Part shown: piece by piece, positions 46,050 to 58,455 of the stretch
How positions within the stretch are numbered: position 1 is the stretch's first letter
Layout: every line of letters begins with the position of its first letter
Assembly (NCBI GenBank): GCA_964106915.2
Contig: OZ066926.1
Strand: one strand, 5' to 3'
Length of the DNA stretch: 64,000 nt
From: Podarcis gaigeae
Lineage: Eukaryota
Position numbers and translations under genes: made by a program
The notes under the pieces: model-generated
Databases searched by the model: none
What the model was told of the DNA's origin: nothing
What the model saw: only the letters and a program-made list of their open reading frames with translations

Positions 46050-46900
46050 CCTTCCCCTCTCCCAGGAGAAGGGTCTCCCCCCCCCCAATGTGGCTGAAAA
46101 AGGCCACCTCCCTGCGACCACCACCCTTCCCAAGAACAAAAAAGAAGGACCTTGACCATTCATTGCCCGGCCTTTCCCCCGCCCCCGAGCCCATCCCTTC
46201 GCCCTTACGCACAGCTCCCCCTGCCTCTCCACCCCATCGCGGCAGAGAGAGGCCCTGGTGCATTTGCCAGCCCTCCCACTAGACTCGCCCCCCCCCCCGC
46301 CACCCCGAAACCGAGACAAGGGGAATGCAGCCATTTTGCCTCTTTGATGTGGCTGGGGGTGGGAGGGGCAAAGCGATGGCTCATGTTGCGCTCCCCGCTC
46401 GCTCTCCCCTGCGCTCCCAGCAACCAACCCCCCCCTTCCAATCGGTGACATCTACCTAGGATTTTGGGGGAGCAGGAAAAGCGCCCCCTCCAAATCCAGC
46501 CCACCCACCGCCCTCTCCTCCCCCACCCCCGCTTTGCACGTGGCTTTGCAAAATGGGGAGGCCGGCCGCTGCAACTCACCCTTCGGCGAGGAGAGCCGGT
46601 CTTCCCTCTCCCGCCCCCTTGCACCAGATGCGGCTACTTGGGGGTGTTGCAACCCCGAACCTCTCTCTCTCTTCCGTGCCCCCTCCTCCCCCCAAAAAGG
46701 CGGAGCAGGAAGGCGCCTCCTCCTCTTCCTCCCTCCCCACGTGGGCGCCAGGGCATTAACCCTTTGCGCGCTTCGGACGACCAGCTCTCGCCCCCGCCGC
46801 TCACCAACGCGCAAATCAGATGCATGTTCCTCCAGTTTATGGTCATTTTCTTCTTGTCGTGGATTTATAGGAGCCGAACCAGTGCCCAAAGTGGTTTTTT
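46050..46900 (-). promoter_or_regulatory. CpG island, promoter and non-coding first exon of Z1
   Basis: GC/CpG-rich with multiple GC boxes; minus-strand donor GG|GTGAGT near 46579; downstream acceptor at 41901. Confidence 0.65.
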
Positions 46901-47495
46901 GGGGGGATGATCCCACTTTTCTCTAATCTAGGAAAACGTATTTCGAAATAAAACCCCTACGCATTAGAAATAATAATTATTATTATTATTCACGTCTGAG
47001 ATTTTTCAAAGCTGCTCACAGGAAATTCGTTCAGGGTGGAGTTTTATCATCCTCCCATGAAGATCACGCTTCATTTTGTTCAGACACAAGCGTGCAGTTT
47101 CTTCCTTTGTAACCATTTCCAGAGGGACAGGCCTGTGGGTCTGCTGCAGCTCACTCTACAAAGGAATGTCTTGTGGCATCTTGAAGACTTAACAAATGTA
47201 TTATGGCATAATAAGCTTTCATCACTGGACTACAGACCATTTGATTAAATGGACCGCATAAAAGCTTATGCTGTTAAAAATAATTTGGTTATCTTTTCAG
47301 GTGCCACAAGGCACTCTGTTAATTTCTCCATTTACAACCCCCCACCCCCCAAACTCCCCCACGCCCCCCAGCTAACTGGAGAAACCTAACTTTTTTAAAG
47401 GTCTTGGACTCAAATAGTCTATCTAGCACAGAGTAACAGTGACTGAAGCCACTCAAACACAGCACAATAAAAATGATTAAAATTGAAATAAAAAA

Positions 47496-48137
47496 TTTAA
47501 GGTCCTATGTGTGTGTATATATATATATATATATACCTCAAATATTTCTCTGATAGGTCGGAAGAAAATGGAAAAGCCTCCCCATTGTCTTTTTGTTCAC
47601 AAATCCTGTCTTAAGGGTATGTCTGTGTATGAATAGGGTGAGCCTGTGACCTGGCTCAGTTCCTCCGTATTTATCATTACAAAAGACTGGCCAAGCTACC
47701 CAGGTAATCCAATCAAGTGACCATTAATAGGTAACCTGCCAGACAAGAGATAAACAACGCACTCAGATTTCTGTTGTAGACCGCCTCTTCTGTGATGTAG
47801 GTATGATGTATCTGGGGGGGTTAGTTTTGGGCTACTCCCCTTCTGTGATGTATGTATGATGTTTCTGTGGATGGTCCTGGACTCCAGGGCAGGGAATTTA
47901 AAATGTCTATATAAGGGCAGGCACACCTTTGTTCTGGGTCCTCCTCCTTTCCTTTGTGTGAGGGGAGCACCCTGTTGCAACAGTTCAATAAAGATCAGGC
48001 TTACTAGCTGCTTTGCTTCCCAATATTCTCTGGTTGGTCTCTCTTATTTTCTCCAACTGATGGAGAACCTACAAAGGACTCTATAAGGGCTCTTGTGTTC
48101 CCCATAAGGGAATAAGGGCAGATTTTTGTTTCTTACA
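47496..48137 (+). mobile_element. solo LTR of the same family, between the Z1 and Z2 promoters
   Basis: TATATAAG near 47908, AATAAA near 47987, ends CTTACA; long similarity to the reverse complement of 57450-57935; 5' boundary approximate. Confidence 0.75.
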
Positions 48138-49047
48138 AAATAAAATGAACAGGACCTGTACATTCAAAGCAAGCAAAACTGTCAGGCTGGCACCAACTTC
48201 AAACAAGGCTTTTTAAAAGGGAAACAAATGAAAGTTAATAAAATAAATAAATGATATTAATGCTAGTTAGCACTATGCAAATATGTCATATAATCTCTTT
48301 TTTCCTTGAAAACTTGATTTTTTTTGCAATTAGGAAAGTGACTGGAAATGAACTGAAAGGTATGGGATGATGTATAAATGCCCCACATGAATTATGATGA
48401 ATGCTCAATAAAGGTGTATTCTGGAGGAGCGCTCTCAACACACTTAAGCCACATTCATACTGATTTAAATGTCATGGCTCCCATATGTGGATGAGTGAAC
48501 CTGTCAGTTCTGGTTTCTCTGTTTCTCATTTTCTCAGTCTCAAATTCAAATCCCCACATTTCTGCAACAATTAGCAATTAAAAAAACCCAAACTCATCAA
48601 AATTTATCAGCATTTTTAGGATGAATTTCTCCTAATTAGCATATTTTTGTATGTGGTTTTGGCACACACACACACACACAGAGCGCAATTCCCCCCTAAT
48701 AACACATATTTGTCTGTTATTTTAATTAATATATGCATTTTATGTGCATTTCCCTCAACATAAGCATTTTTGCACACACAGTTTGGCTGGCGAATTTCAT
48801 CACACAGTTTCAAAGGGCAGCTGTGTTTTGGTTTGCGTATTGGTCCAAGAAGTGCCAGTTAGGTGGCTTTTCATTAAAAGGCAAGCTAAATCAAATTTCT
48901 GCCCCATTCCTACAATTCTCAGGCATTCAGTACTCTCATTGAGCAACAGTTCCCAGGTTGATTTTAAGGAAGCTGTGATAGCTAAACCAGTGTTAAATCA
49001 GTTTTCATGAGGAGTCTAGATTATTATTATTACTATTACTACTACTA

Positions 49048-49412
49048 GGGACACATGGGTGGCGCTGTGGTCCAAACCACAGAGCCTAGGGCTTGCCGAT
49101 CAGAAGGTCCCGGTTCGAATCCCCACGACAGAGTGAGCTCCTGTTGTTCGGTCCCAGCTCCTGCCCACCTAGCATTTCGAAAGCACGTCAAGTGCAAGTA
49201 GATAAATAGGTACCGCTCCAGCGGGAAGGTAAACAGTGTTTCTGTGCACTGCTCTGGTTCGCCAGAAACGGCTTAGTCATGCTGCCCACATGACCTGGAA
49301 GCTGTCTGCAGACAAAATTCCGGCTCCCTTGGCCTATAGAGCGAGATGAGCGCCACAACCTCAGAGTCATCCGTGACTGGACCTAATGGTCAGGGGTACC
49401 TTTTACCTTTAC
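49048..49412 (+). mobile_element. Sauria-type SINE inserted in a TAC/TAT microsatellite
   Basis: Full-length copy flanked by (TAC)n on both sides. Confidence 0.9.
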
Positions 49413-49929
49413 TACTACTACACTACACAACTACTAGTACACCATTACTACTACTGCCACTACCACTGCTAGTACACTAGTACTACTACTACACTCCTAC
49501 TGCCACTTCTACTATCCACTCTACAATTTCCAGAGTGGATTAACAGTCAGCCCCTCTTCCCAGGGAACAGCCATGTAATAGATCCTTCAGGAAAGAGCAT
49601 TGGGATTTCAGCAGAGGGGCTGGTCCATTGGGGTGAATGGCATTTCCCCCCTTAACCTCAGCCTGCCCTCAGCCAACCACCACCTGCCACCCTCTCACTT
49701 CCCTCTTGCCCAGAGGGTGGCACTGCCTGCCAGTTTCTTCCTCCTTAGTCCCTGCAGAACTACTCAGCAGGGAGGAGGAGGAGGAGGAGGGTGGGAACTA
49801 CACTACAATGACTGTGGTGATTTGCCAGCCATCGGTTCTACAGCCAACTACTATTGACCTTTCCTTCTTCCTCCCTCCCATTCCCGTTGGGCACTAGCCA
49901 CCACTGGCATTCCTCGTTATTCTGTTATA

Positions 49930-50480
49930 ATTTAGGGCTGCTGTACGGGAATTATGGTTGCATCCGCACGGCATTCCTGGGCTCATTCTGACATTCGGCC
50001 TGGACTTAATGTGCTTGGGAGAAAATTGTGGTCTTCGGGGCATGAACACCCTAACGTAACGTGTGAACGGGCACTCCCGTGCACGCACATAAACCCATGC
50101 TACTGCGCCGAAGAGCCAGGTTATCGCGCATACAAAGGCATTGGCTTAGCCTGGGCTGGATTTTTGAACCTGCTTTCAATTCTTAAACGGCAGATCTCTC
50201 CCCCCCCCTCTTTTGTTTTATTGTATGGAAAGAGCGTGAAAAGTTAGATGATTTGAGCCAGCTTTGCTGCGACGCCGATCCGGTTTCTCTTTTCTATTGA
50301 TAACGTGGCGACGAATGAGATTTTCCAAGGGTTAATATGATAGAGCAGGGGAGCGCGAGAGGGGCTTCGGAGAGGAACCTTCCTGCTCCGCCTCTCTGGA
50401 GATGGAGGTGGGAGGGGGGCAGTGTTTCAACAGGAGAATCAGGAGCTTGTGGTGGAGGCGAGGCAGTCCTGGGGGTGAGT
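49930..50480 (+). promoter_or_regulatory. CpG-rich promoter and non-coding first exon of Z2
   Basis: CpG enrichment, donor GGG|GTGAGT at 50474/50475, acceptor TGTAG at 51626 upstream of the SCAN ORF. Confidence 0.55.
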
Positions 50481-51699
50481 TAAAAAGAGGTCCCGGGAAG
50501 ATGGAGAACGCAGCACCCATAGGGTGCTTTAGCCAGAGAGAGAAAAGGGAAATAGATGTAAATGCATAAATATCAAGGGGGGCTTAGCAGCTACCCCTGC
50601 GATTATTAATTTCACAAGCATACATGCTTTCTAATCAAGATTGTTACCCTCCACCATCCCACCAGCCCACCCCCGCAGACCAAAATCTCCTTTAGCTGCT
50701 TGAGTTTCCAACCTGTGCAGCTGAAAGGAATGTGCTTTGCTTTCAGAAAAGTTGTGCAATTCATGCATACAAATGGGCAGGAGAACAGACCTTTTATCAG
50801 CTGGATAATAAACAGACACCCCTTGGATATCTCTACCATGGACAGAACTGAGTGCAATCCTGAGTCAATTCTGGACTCATAAATACCCCATCCCTTGCAT
50901 GAGCCATTTCTGGAAACAGTTTGAAGCCAGGTTAAATGCCCTGGATTCCCCCCAAACAACTCTGAAAAGTACTGGTTATGCAAAGAGTGTTGAGGGCATT
51001 ATTAGAAGTCTCTGATTCCTTCCAAGAACTACAATACCAAAAGACCCTTGGGTGGGAACCCTGAGATTAAACAGGTTTCATTTAAAAGCATAGTTTGAGA
51101 ATGTTGAGAGAGGGCCAACCCTGGTTCACTAGCCTCTCCCTGATCTACACCAATATTTCTTTTTTTAACCATATCTCATCATTTCAGGCACAGTTGGTTC
51201 TCATCGCTCAGAGATGTCACATTACTCTGCAGATCATCATATCCTAATTAGGGCACTCACTTGATTCAAGAAATGCTAGTTGATCCATTGTAGCTGTTTA
51301 AATTGATCGAATCCGCACCTTCATAAAACAACAGCCCTGGAGGAAAAAACTATTTTGCTCTTCATTTTTCAGTAATGCACACACAGGCGCTATCTTAAAG
51401 AGACGTACCCTGCTACGTAAGACCAAAAAGGAAAATGTCTTTCCTGAGATGGTTGCCTGCCAGCACAAATGCTGTTTGTAAATCCTTGCCTTAAAAAAAT
51501 GATTTTTTTAAAAGGAAAAAGAAGCTGCTGCCTGATTCATTCACACTTGTTATCGTACAAAATAATTTGTAATTGTCTATTTAAACGATGTTGCTGTTAC
51601 AATTCTTCCACGGCTGCCTCATGTAGTCACTGATGGATGTGAGAAAGGGAGTTTTGGGGAGCAAGAATGCAGGTTTGAAGAGAGTGTGAAGGTGGTACC

Positions 51700-54635
51700 A
51701 TGAGAGAGAAGATGGCCACGGAGGAGGGGGCCGAGGCAGACCTGGGGGCTGTGACCCAAGCGTCACTGAGCCTGCAAGGCATTAAAATGGAAGAGCAAGC
51801 ACCAGCAGCCCTCAGAATGGGACAAGCCCTAGAAAAAGCAGGACAGGCTTCTTGTGTCCTTCATGCCAGGAAGCTCTTGCAATGGAAGGTGTCTCCACTG
51901 GTCAAGGAGGAGCCAGATGCAGGAAGGATCCAGCACTGGGAGATCCAAGGCCCAGAAACAGAACATCCCCTTTCTTTTGGATGGGGGAGAACAAGGCCCA
52001 CCGAGGCTGAACCTTGGGATGACATCCTGGCACTTTTCGCTTCCTTTGAGCACATGGCCTACGCCTGCCGGTGGCCGAGGGAAGAGTTGGTGGCCCGGCT
52101 TTTGCCAGCCCTGGGCGGGGAGGCCCAAGAGGCTTACCTCAGTTTGGACACTAGTGACAGAAGGGACTATGGGAAAGTGAAGGCAGCCATCTTGAAGAGG
52201 GAACCCGTGGCGTCGGAGAAGCGGAGGAGGCACTTCCGGCAGTTCCAGTACCAGGAGTCAAGGGGGCCGAGGGACGCTTGCCGGCGGCTCTGGGAGCTCT
52301 GCCGTCGTTGGCTGAGGCCGGAGAGCCGAAGCAAAGAGCAGATCCTGGAGCTGCTGATCCTGGAGCAATTCCTGACCATCTTGCCAGAGGAGGTCCGGAG
52401 CCAAGTTTGGGAGCAAGTCCCAGAAACCTGTGCCCGGGCGGTGAACCTGGCTGAGAATTTTTTGGCAAGGCAGCAGGAGGCTGAGAGGCAGGTACTCCAG
52501 GTGAGAGGATCCTGCAGTTCCTTCTTGATCCCTGGGGTCCCAAGTTGGTCTAACCATGCGGGAAGTTTTCCTTAGGTGCTTATGCGAGGGGAGACAAAGC
52601 ACCTCCCTCCTCCTGATCACCATCTAATAAAATCCTTCTCACGTAAAATGTCTTCATAAAGGCAAAGATGGTCAAAGCTGCTTTATGAGCTGTGAAAATC
52701 TGGTGCACTAAGGCTTGGAATAATATGTTTAATTTGTATAGACTTTAGCTGTATGGAGAACGATGTAAGTGCTTTGCCCAAAGTTAGAAGCAAAGAATGT
52801 CCGTGTCCAAAGACATAAAATCTAAACAGACAGGACACAAAAGGCAGGGAAGAGAATTAGGAGATCAGGAGTGGGGAACCTGCTGCCCCCCAGATGTTGA
52901 TGGACTCTGGCTCCCATCATCCCTGACTACTGGCCATGCCAGCTGGGGCTGATGGGAGCTGGAGTCTAACATTGTCTGGAGGACCACTGGTTCCCCTTTC
53001 TCAGCTTACCCCTTGTGATGATGGTAAAAGTGAAAAATCCTACAGCTTCCTAATGTTTTTAAACCTTCCTGACTGTAAGGAGTCCCAGCTGAGGCTCCGT
53101 GTCATGGACTGGCTGGATACAGAGGAGGAGTGGGAGGCACTAGTTGGGAACCCCCAAGGAAAGAAGGCTCAGAGTCAGGGGACTGGTGTTGGGATGATGA
53201 TGGGAGATCAGAGGGAGAAGAGGAACAGGCTGGGAGGAGGCAGTGTCAGAAGCTGAAGAGGTAACAGGGTTTAGTGAGTGGGGAGAATCTGTGGCAGAGA
53301 GAAGTCTAGAAGCAAAAGCAAGAGAGGAGGGAGGCAGCGATAAAGAAGTCAGGGGGTCTTCCCCTCCTGCTGTGACCAGTTCCCTTCCCCTCAGGTATCC
53401 CAGGACCAGAAGGGATTATGAAGAGAGAGGAGCAGAAACAGGCGTGCCAGCGGAGTCTCAGGTTGCTTGGGAAGGACCCAGAGAGAAGGAGATTTTGGCA
53501 TCTTATGAGTAGGAGCAAAACCTACTCAGAAGAGTTGCTGTGCTCATTAGGCCTGGCTTCCCTGAGCTTATAATTCGTATGATTTATTGCTGGCTGGCAT
53601 CCTGACATTCTGACATCAAATCATGCTGACTTGTGAGAGTCCCCAGTTCTGTCTCAAACCCAGTGAAGTCCTTTGCTCCCCCAAGCTGTTCCAGGGAGTT
53701 TGTGCCAGGATATCGAATGCTCATTCCTACCAGCCCTGTTCCTGCATTGAGCGGGACCTTCCCTGCAATTTCAGGTGTCAGGGTCATTCGAGGACACCCT
53801 CGTGAGTTCCCCAAGGGCAGAGCTGGCTCCGTCAGATACAAGGCAGAGCCTCCTCAGGAAGGCCAAGCAGGCAGGTGGTGGAGGAGATGCCAGCTCTCTG
53901 GGTGAGTAGTTGCTGCATTTTTGAAATTCAAGTTTACATAGGCGTTGCCATCTTCACGGGCGCATAGCTTGTACTGTTGTTTTAACTTAGAGTGTTGAGT
54001 TTAACTTAGAGTATTGTTCTAAGTGTTAAGTAGCATGTGATTGGTGTGCCACCCCCCACAAAACCTAGAACTACCCCTACATTTGCCTCCAGCTCTCCCC
54101 TTGAGCTCTCCCCAGTTCTGTAAAATTAGTGTGCAGCAACCCTGTTCACAGGATTTTGTATGGGGCCATCCATACCAGCTGTTTCTGCCATGTCTTGGAA
54201 ACAGCAGTACTATGTTCCAGTTCATGTGATGTCCCTTATTGGAGTTCCACTTCCTGGTTTTCAGGCCAGGGCTGATATCATTCCTTGTTCTCTTCAGCCA
54301 GTTTTGGCCAAACCACACTGCGTTTCTTTTCTGATGCAGGTTCTTCTGACACAGAGGCAACATGGGACTCACTGGCAGACGAAGGGGGCCGTGGCGAATG
54401 TGGGAAGCGAGACCCTTCTGCAAGAGCAGGTGGGCAGGGTACTAGACTGCTGTTATATACAGGAGACATCCAGATCCTTACAGGGGAGGCTAACGGCTTG
54501 AGAATTATGCAGCACAAAGTTTTACCTTTGTCATGAACTTGCTAGGCAGTCTTAGGCAAAAGCCACTCTCCGTTTCAGATCCTTTCCCCCATGCTCAACA
54601 CAGGCAAAATAATGTTGAGATTCCTGCATTGCGGC

Positions 54636-54673
<38 letters not shown>

Positions 54674-56127
54674 ACTGGATGACCCTTGGAACCCTTTCCA
54701 ATTCTATGTTTCTATGATTTTTACAGAGTTGCTATAAGAAAGCCAGTATGGTTAGTGTTGGATTAGGACCTGGGAGACCCAGGTTCAGATCCAGATGCAG
54801 CCAAAAAGCTTACAGGGTGACCTTGTGCCAGTCACACTCATTCTCTCTCCTCTATTCCCCTTTATAATAATAAATTTTATTTATACCCCGCCCTCCCCAG
54901 CTAAGACTGGGCTCAGGGCGGCTAACACCAGATATAAAAACAATTGATTAAAATACAACTTAAAAACAAGATTAAAATACAACATTAAGATGCAGCCTCA
55001 TTTCAGTAGAAACGCAAATCAAAAACTTTTTGGGGAAGAAAACATCCCCAAGCTACAATTAAAAAGGTAAAGGTAAAGGTACCCCTGCCCGTACGGGCCA
55101 GTCTTGACAGACTCTGGGGTTGTGCGCCCATCTCACTCAAGAGGCTAGGGGCCAGCGCTGTCCGGAGACACTTCCGGGTCACGTGGCCAGCGTGACAAAG
55201 CTGCATCTGAGAGCTACAATTCCCTGCGAAGAGGGATTGACTATTAAACCACTCTGGGAATTGAGAGTATTGCGAAGGGAATAGAATAGGTTTCCCAACA
55301 CCTCTTAGCACCCTGAATAAACTGCCCTTCCCATAATTATTTATGGGAAGGCATGCCCATTTAAAAAGGAATCACTGCGCTTGAGATGTAGGTTGTGAAT
55401 GTGGGAGGAAAAAAACAAGAATTAATTGACTTGGCCAGTCATTGTCTTTGATGCTACCTGCTATTGGGCTCCCTACTTTCTGCCTTGCCGGTCCAAATGG
55501 GCACCAGCTGTTCCTTACGTTAAACATTTATTTTCTTTTTATTCATTAGTGCATTTACACCCCACTCAGGGTTGGCTGGCTGCAAATACTTGGCTGTATC
55601 GTTTAGAGCCTTCCTCCTGCCAGCTTCAGGCCTTCAGTCTTCTTTTCTCTCCGGCAGCTGGTAGCTGTGGAGCGGCGTCCGGATTCTCTCCCCTCCCTGC
55701 ACTGGCCAGAAATGAAGAGTATGGAGAGAGGCCTGTGGGAGCTGAGGGGCTCCCAGCACACCTGGGCGCCGCCAGCAGGGACAGCGCGTACCTGTGTTCC
55801 CAGTGCGGGAAAGGGTTTCGTTGGCCGTCGGCGCTGGCCGTCCACCAGAGGACCCACACGGGGGAGAAGCGGCACCGCTGCGCCGAGTGCGGGAAGCGCT
55901 TTGGCCAGCGCGGCCATTTGACGGTACACCGGAGGATCCACTCGGGAGAGAAGCCGTACGAGTGTCCTCAGTGCGGGAAGCAGTTTGTCGACTCCTCTCA
56001 CCTCACCAAGCACCAGAGGACACACTTGGGGGACAGGCCCCACCACTGCGCTGAGTGCGGGCGAAGGTGTGCCAATAAACGCTCACTCGTGCAGCACCAG
56101 CGAATTCACAGCAGGGAGAAGTCCTAG
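51700..56127 (+). CDS. extended-SCAN + degenerate KRAB + 4 C2H2 zinc-finger protein (gene Z2), about 495 aa
   Basis: Phase-compatible exons 51700-52500 (capsid-like [32 protein letters not shown]...[12 protein letters not shown], then [38 protein letters not shown]...LEQFL), 53775-53901 (127 nt, SFED...SSLG), 54340-54429, 55658-56127 (4 fingers); AATAAA at 56899-56904. Confidence 0.9.
54638..54672. repeat. (GT)n microsatellite
   Basis: Direct reading; absent from the paralogous segment near 61870. Confidence 0.95.
55062..55210 (-). mobile_element. Sauria-type SINE, 3' fragment
   Basis: AAAGGTAAAGGTAAAGGTACCCCTG is the reverse complement of the tail. Confidence 0.8.
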
Positions 56128-56291
56128 GCCTGGGGATGAGCCTAGGCCCCTCTTGAGATTCAGGGACTGAGTTATATTGCTGTAAGGCAGAGATTTGGCC
56201 CTCCAGGTATCACTGGTCTGTAGCTGCCATCATCACTGGCCATGCTGGCTGTGACGGAGGACCAAAGGTTCAGTTCTTCATTCCTGGTGTA

Positions 56292-56777
56292 CAGGGGCGC
56301 CGACTTATAAAAAATATTGGGGGGGCGGGGGCCCATACCGACTTATAAAAAATATTGGGGGGGCCCAAGACCTCAGCCCCGGGCTGCCCCGACCTTAAGT
56401 GAACCTGTGAGGGGCCCGCCCTTTGCGGCAGCCGACTGGCTGCCGCCGTGGGCGGTGAATATTAATGAGCTAGGGGGAATCCCCGCTTCTCGCAGGGCTG
56501 ACGCCAGCCAGCCCCGCGAGATTGTTGATGGGTCGAGAGCCCGCAACCCCACCCCCTCTCTAGATCGGGAGTGGCTTTGTTTTAACTCATTACTGAATGT
56601 ATTTTAAAAGGTAACTATCGTCAAACAAGGAAAATAAAAAATACCAACATAATTTTGTGATTTTACAAAGCATAATATAACTAATAATTTTCTTAAATTA
56701 TTGGGGGGGCAGAGCCCCCCAAACGAATTTTTGAGGGGGCTCGGGCCCCCTCAGGCCCCATGGAGTCGGCGCCTATG
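56292..56777. mobile_element. hAT-type non-autonomous transposon in the Z2 3' UTR
   Basis: TIR CAGGGGCGCCGACT / AGTCGGCGCCTATG, perfect 8-bp target duplication CTGGTGTA. Confidence 0.9.
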
Positions 56778-57416
56778 CTGGTGTAACTGAAGAGAAAGGA
56801 GCCCCTGTTTCCACCCTTTGTCCCCCTGGGGGAAGAAACCACAGATGCTCAGGGGTCTCTGGGGGTTTTCCTGTTGTTATTCTGTCTCTCACAGCTACAA
56901 TAAACCTACCATTAAAATTATGGACTGGTCATTTCTTTGTCAGAGGGCAAACGGGCAAATTTAGCAGGGGATCGAATACTTCCCCCCCTCTCACTGTATA
57001 TAGCAATGAGGAAGCATGCTTGGGTGAGCTGGTCCTGCAGGTCTCTTGTGGCAGCCAGCCGTGCCAAGTGCCCTGAGTATCAAACAGAATTCTTCCCAGC
57101 CCTTGGAGCCCTTTTGGGTTAGGGTAAAAAAAAAATGCAGGCTTTATCTTGTGGTTACATTGAAAAGAAGTCTGAGCTACATCTCAGACTTTCTGCTTGC
57201 GGACTCCATCCTATGTGAAGGTTGAGCCATGTGCTGGCTAAGAGCCAGGAGAGCGAGAGTCTAAGCCATGGGTAGGCAAACTAAGCCCCCCCCCCCAAGG
57301 TCTGAGGGACAGTGGACCAACCCCCTGCTGAAAAAGTCTCCTGACCCCTGGTAAGAGTAAGAGTGGAGGAAAGTAAGGAGGAACGTGCCCCCGCAGCTCC
57401 CCCCCCCGACTCACTT

Positions 57417-58070
57417 TGTTAACGGAAAAATCCGAGGGCTCCCTTGGACAAAAACAAAGACACCAACCAGGATTACTTGGAGCAAAACAGCAGCCTGTAG
57501 GCTTGGCCTTTATTGATCTGTTGCAACAGGGTCTCCCCTCACCCGCAGAAGAGAGGAGGGACCCAGAAAAATGGCATGCAAGGCCTTATAAAGATTTTTG
57601 AAATTGCCACCCTGTAGATCAAGACCACCCCCAGAAACATCCTACATACATCACAGAAGGGGTGTAACCCAAGACCACCCCTCAGATACATCACACCTAC
57701 ATCACAGAAAAGGTGGTCTTAAAACAGAAATTTGAATGTTGCTTTCCTCCTCTCCTTGTTTATCTCCTGTCTGGCAGGTTATTTGATTGGATTGCCTGGG
57801 TAGCCTGGCCAGTCTTTTGTAAGGATAAATCCTTAGTTCCTGGGCCAGGTCACAGGCTCACACCCTATTCAAACACAGACATACCCTTAAGACAGGATTT
57901 GTGAAGGAAAAGACAATGGAGAGGCTTTTCCAGTTTGCAGAGAAAACATTTATTCAGTTTAGGAATCAAAATGGTTCCAGGTTGGCCTTCCTGTGCTGAT
58001 CTATGTATGTGCTTGGTTGGTGCACTTATGAACATTACTATATATCTAAGACAATAAAATTCCTATCACA
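57417..58070 (-). mobile_element. solo LTR inserted in the exon-2 donor of globin-like copy A
   Basis: TG...CA ends, 4-bp target duplication ACTT (57413-57416 and 58071-58074), internal TATA-like and AATAAA on the minus strand, homologous to the element at 47.5-48.1 kb. Confidence 0.88.
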
Positions 58071-58455
58071 ACTTGGAAGTTGACGGGGTCCATGAGCAGG
58101 TTCTGGACGGGCAGGGACGCTCAGGTCCTCGAGGGTGTCGACGATGGATGTTGTCCATGAGTCCGGCATCCTTGCGGATAAACCAAAGTAGTTTCTTTCC
58201 CTGCAGGCTGATGTAGCCAGAGAGGTGCTACGGTAGGAAGGGAGAAACAGTGTGGGCGGTGGGGTGCGTGGCTAAAAGCCCACAGGAGACGAGAGTAAAG
58301 AGGAGAAGGGTCACAACAGCGGCTTCGCCCCCATGAGTGGGTCCCTGCCCGACGAGGCGGGCTTACCTGGGCACGGCGTTGATGTCCCAGGAAAAGGACG
58401 GGATCTCGGCCCAAACGGGCTGCACGTAGCTCTGGCAGACTCCGCTCATCGCCAT
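58071..58455 (-). pseudogene. alpha-globin-derived pseudogene, copy A
   Basis: Exon 1 58455-58367 MAMSGVCQSYVQPVWAEIPSFSWDINAVP with phase-2 AG|GTAAG. Exon-2 relics in shifting frames: LLATHPTAHT, SGYISLQGKKLLWFIRKDAGLMDNI, VDTLEDLS, LPVQNLLMDPVNFQ. The donor is split by a solo LTR and its remainder (GTGAGT) lies at about 57409-57414. GATAAAA at 58501-58507. Confidence 0.85.

Noticed and set aside
49412-49525. Degenerate ACT/ACC repeat array
   Set aside because: Simple-sequence decay with no spacer structure; not CRISPR-like.
53080-53570. Purine-rich stretch in Z2 intron reading [14 protein letters not shown], superficially KRAB-like
   Set aside because: Hits an in-frame stop before any good donor, the 127-nt KRAB-sized exon lies at 53775, and it starts TGTCA like an inserted repeat.
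57140-57240. Possible exon 3 and polyA relic of globin copy A
   Set aside because: Position and GATAAAGCCTGC are suggestive, but no globin residues are recognisable.
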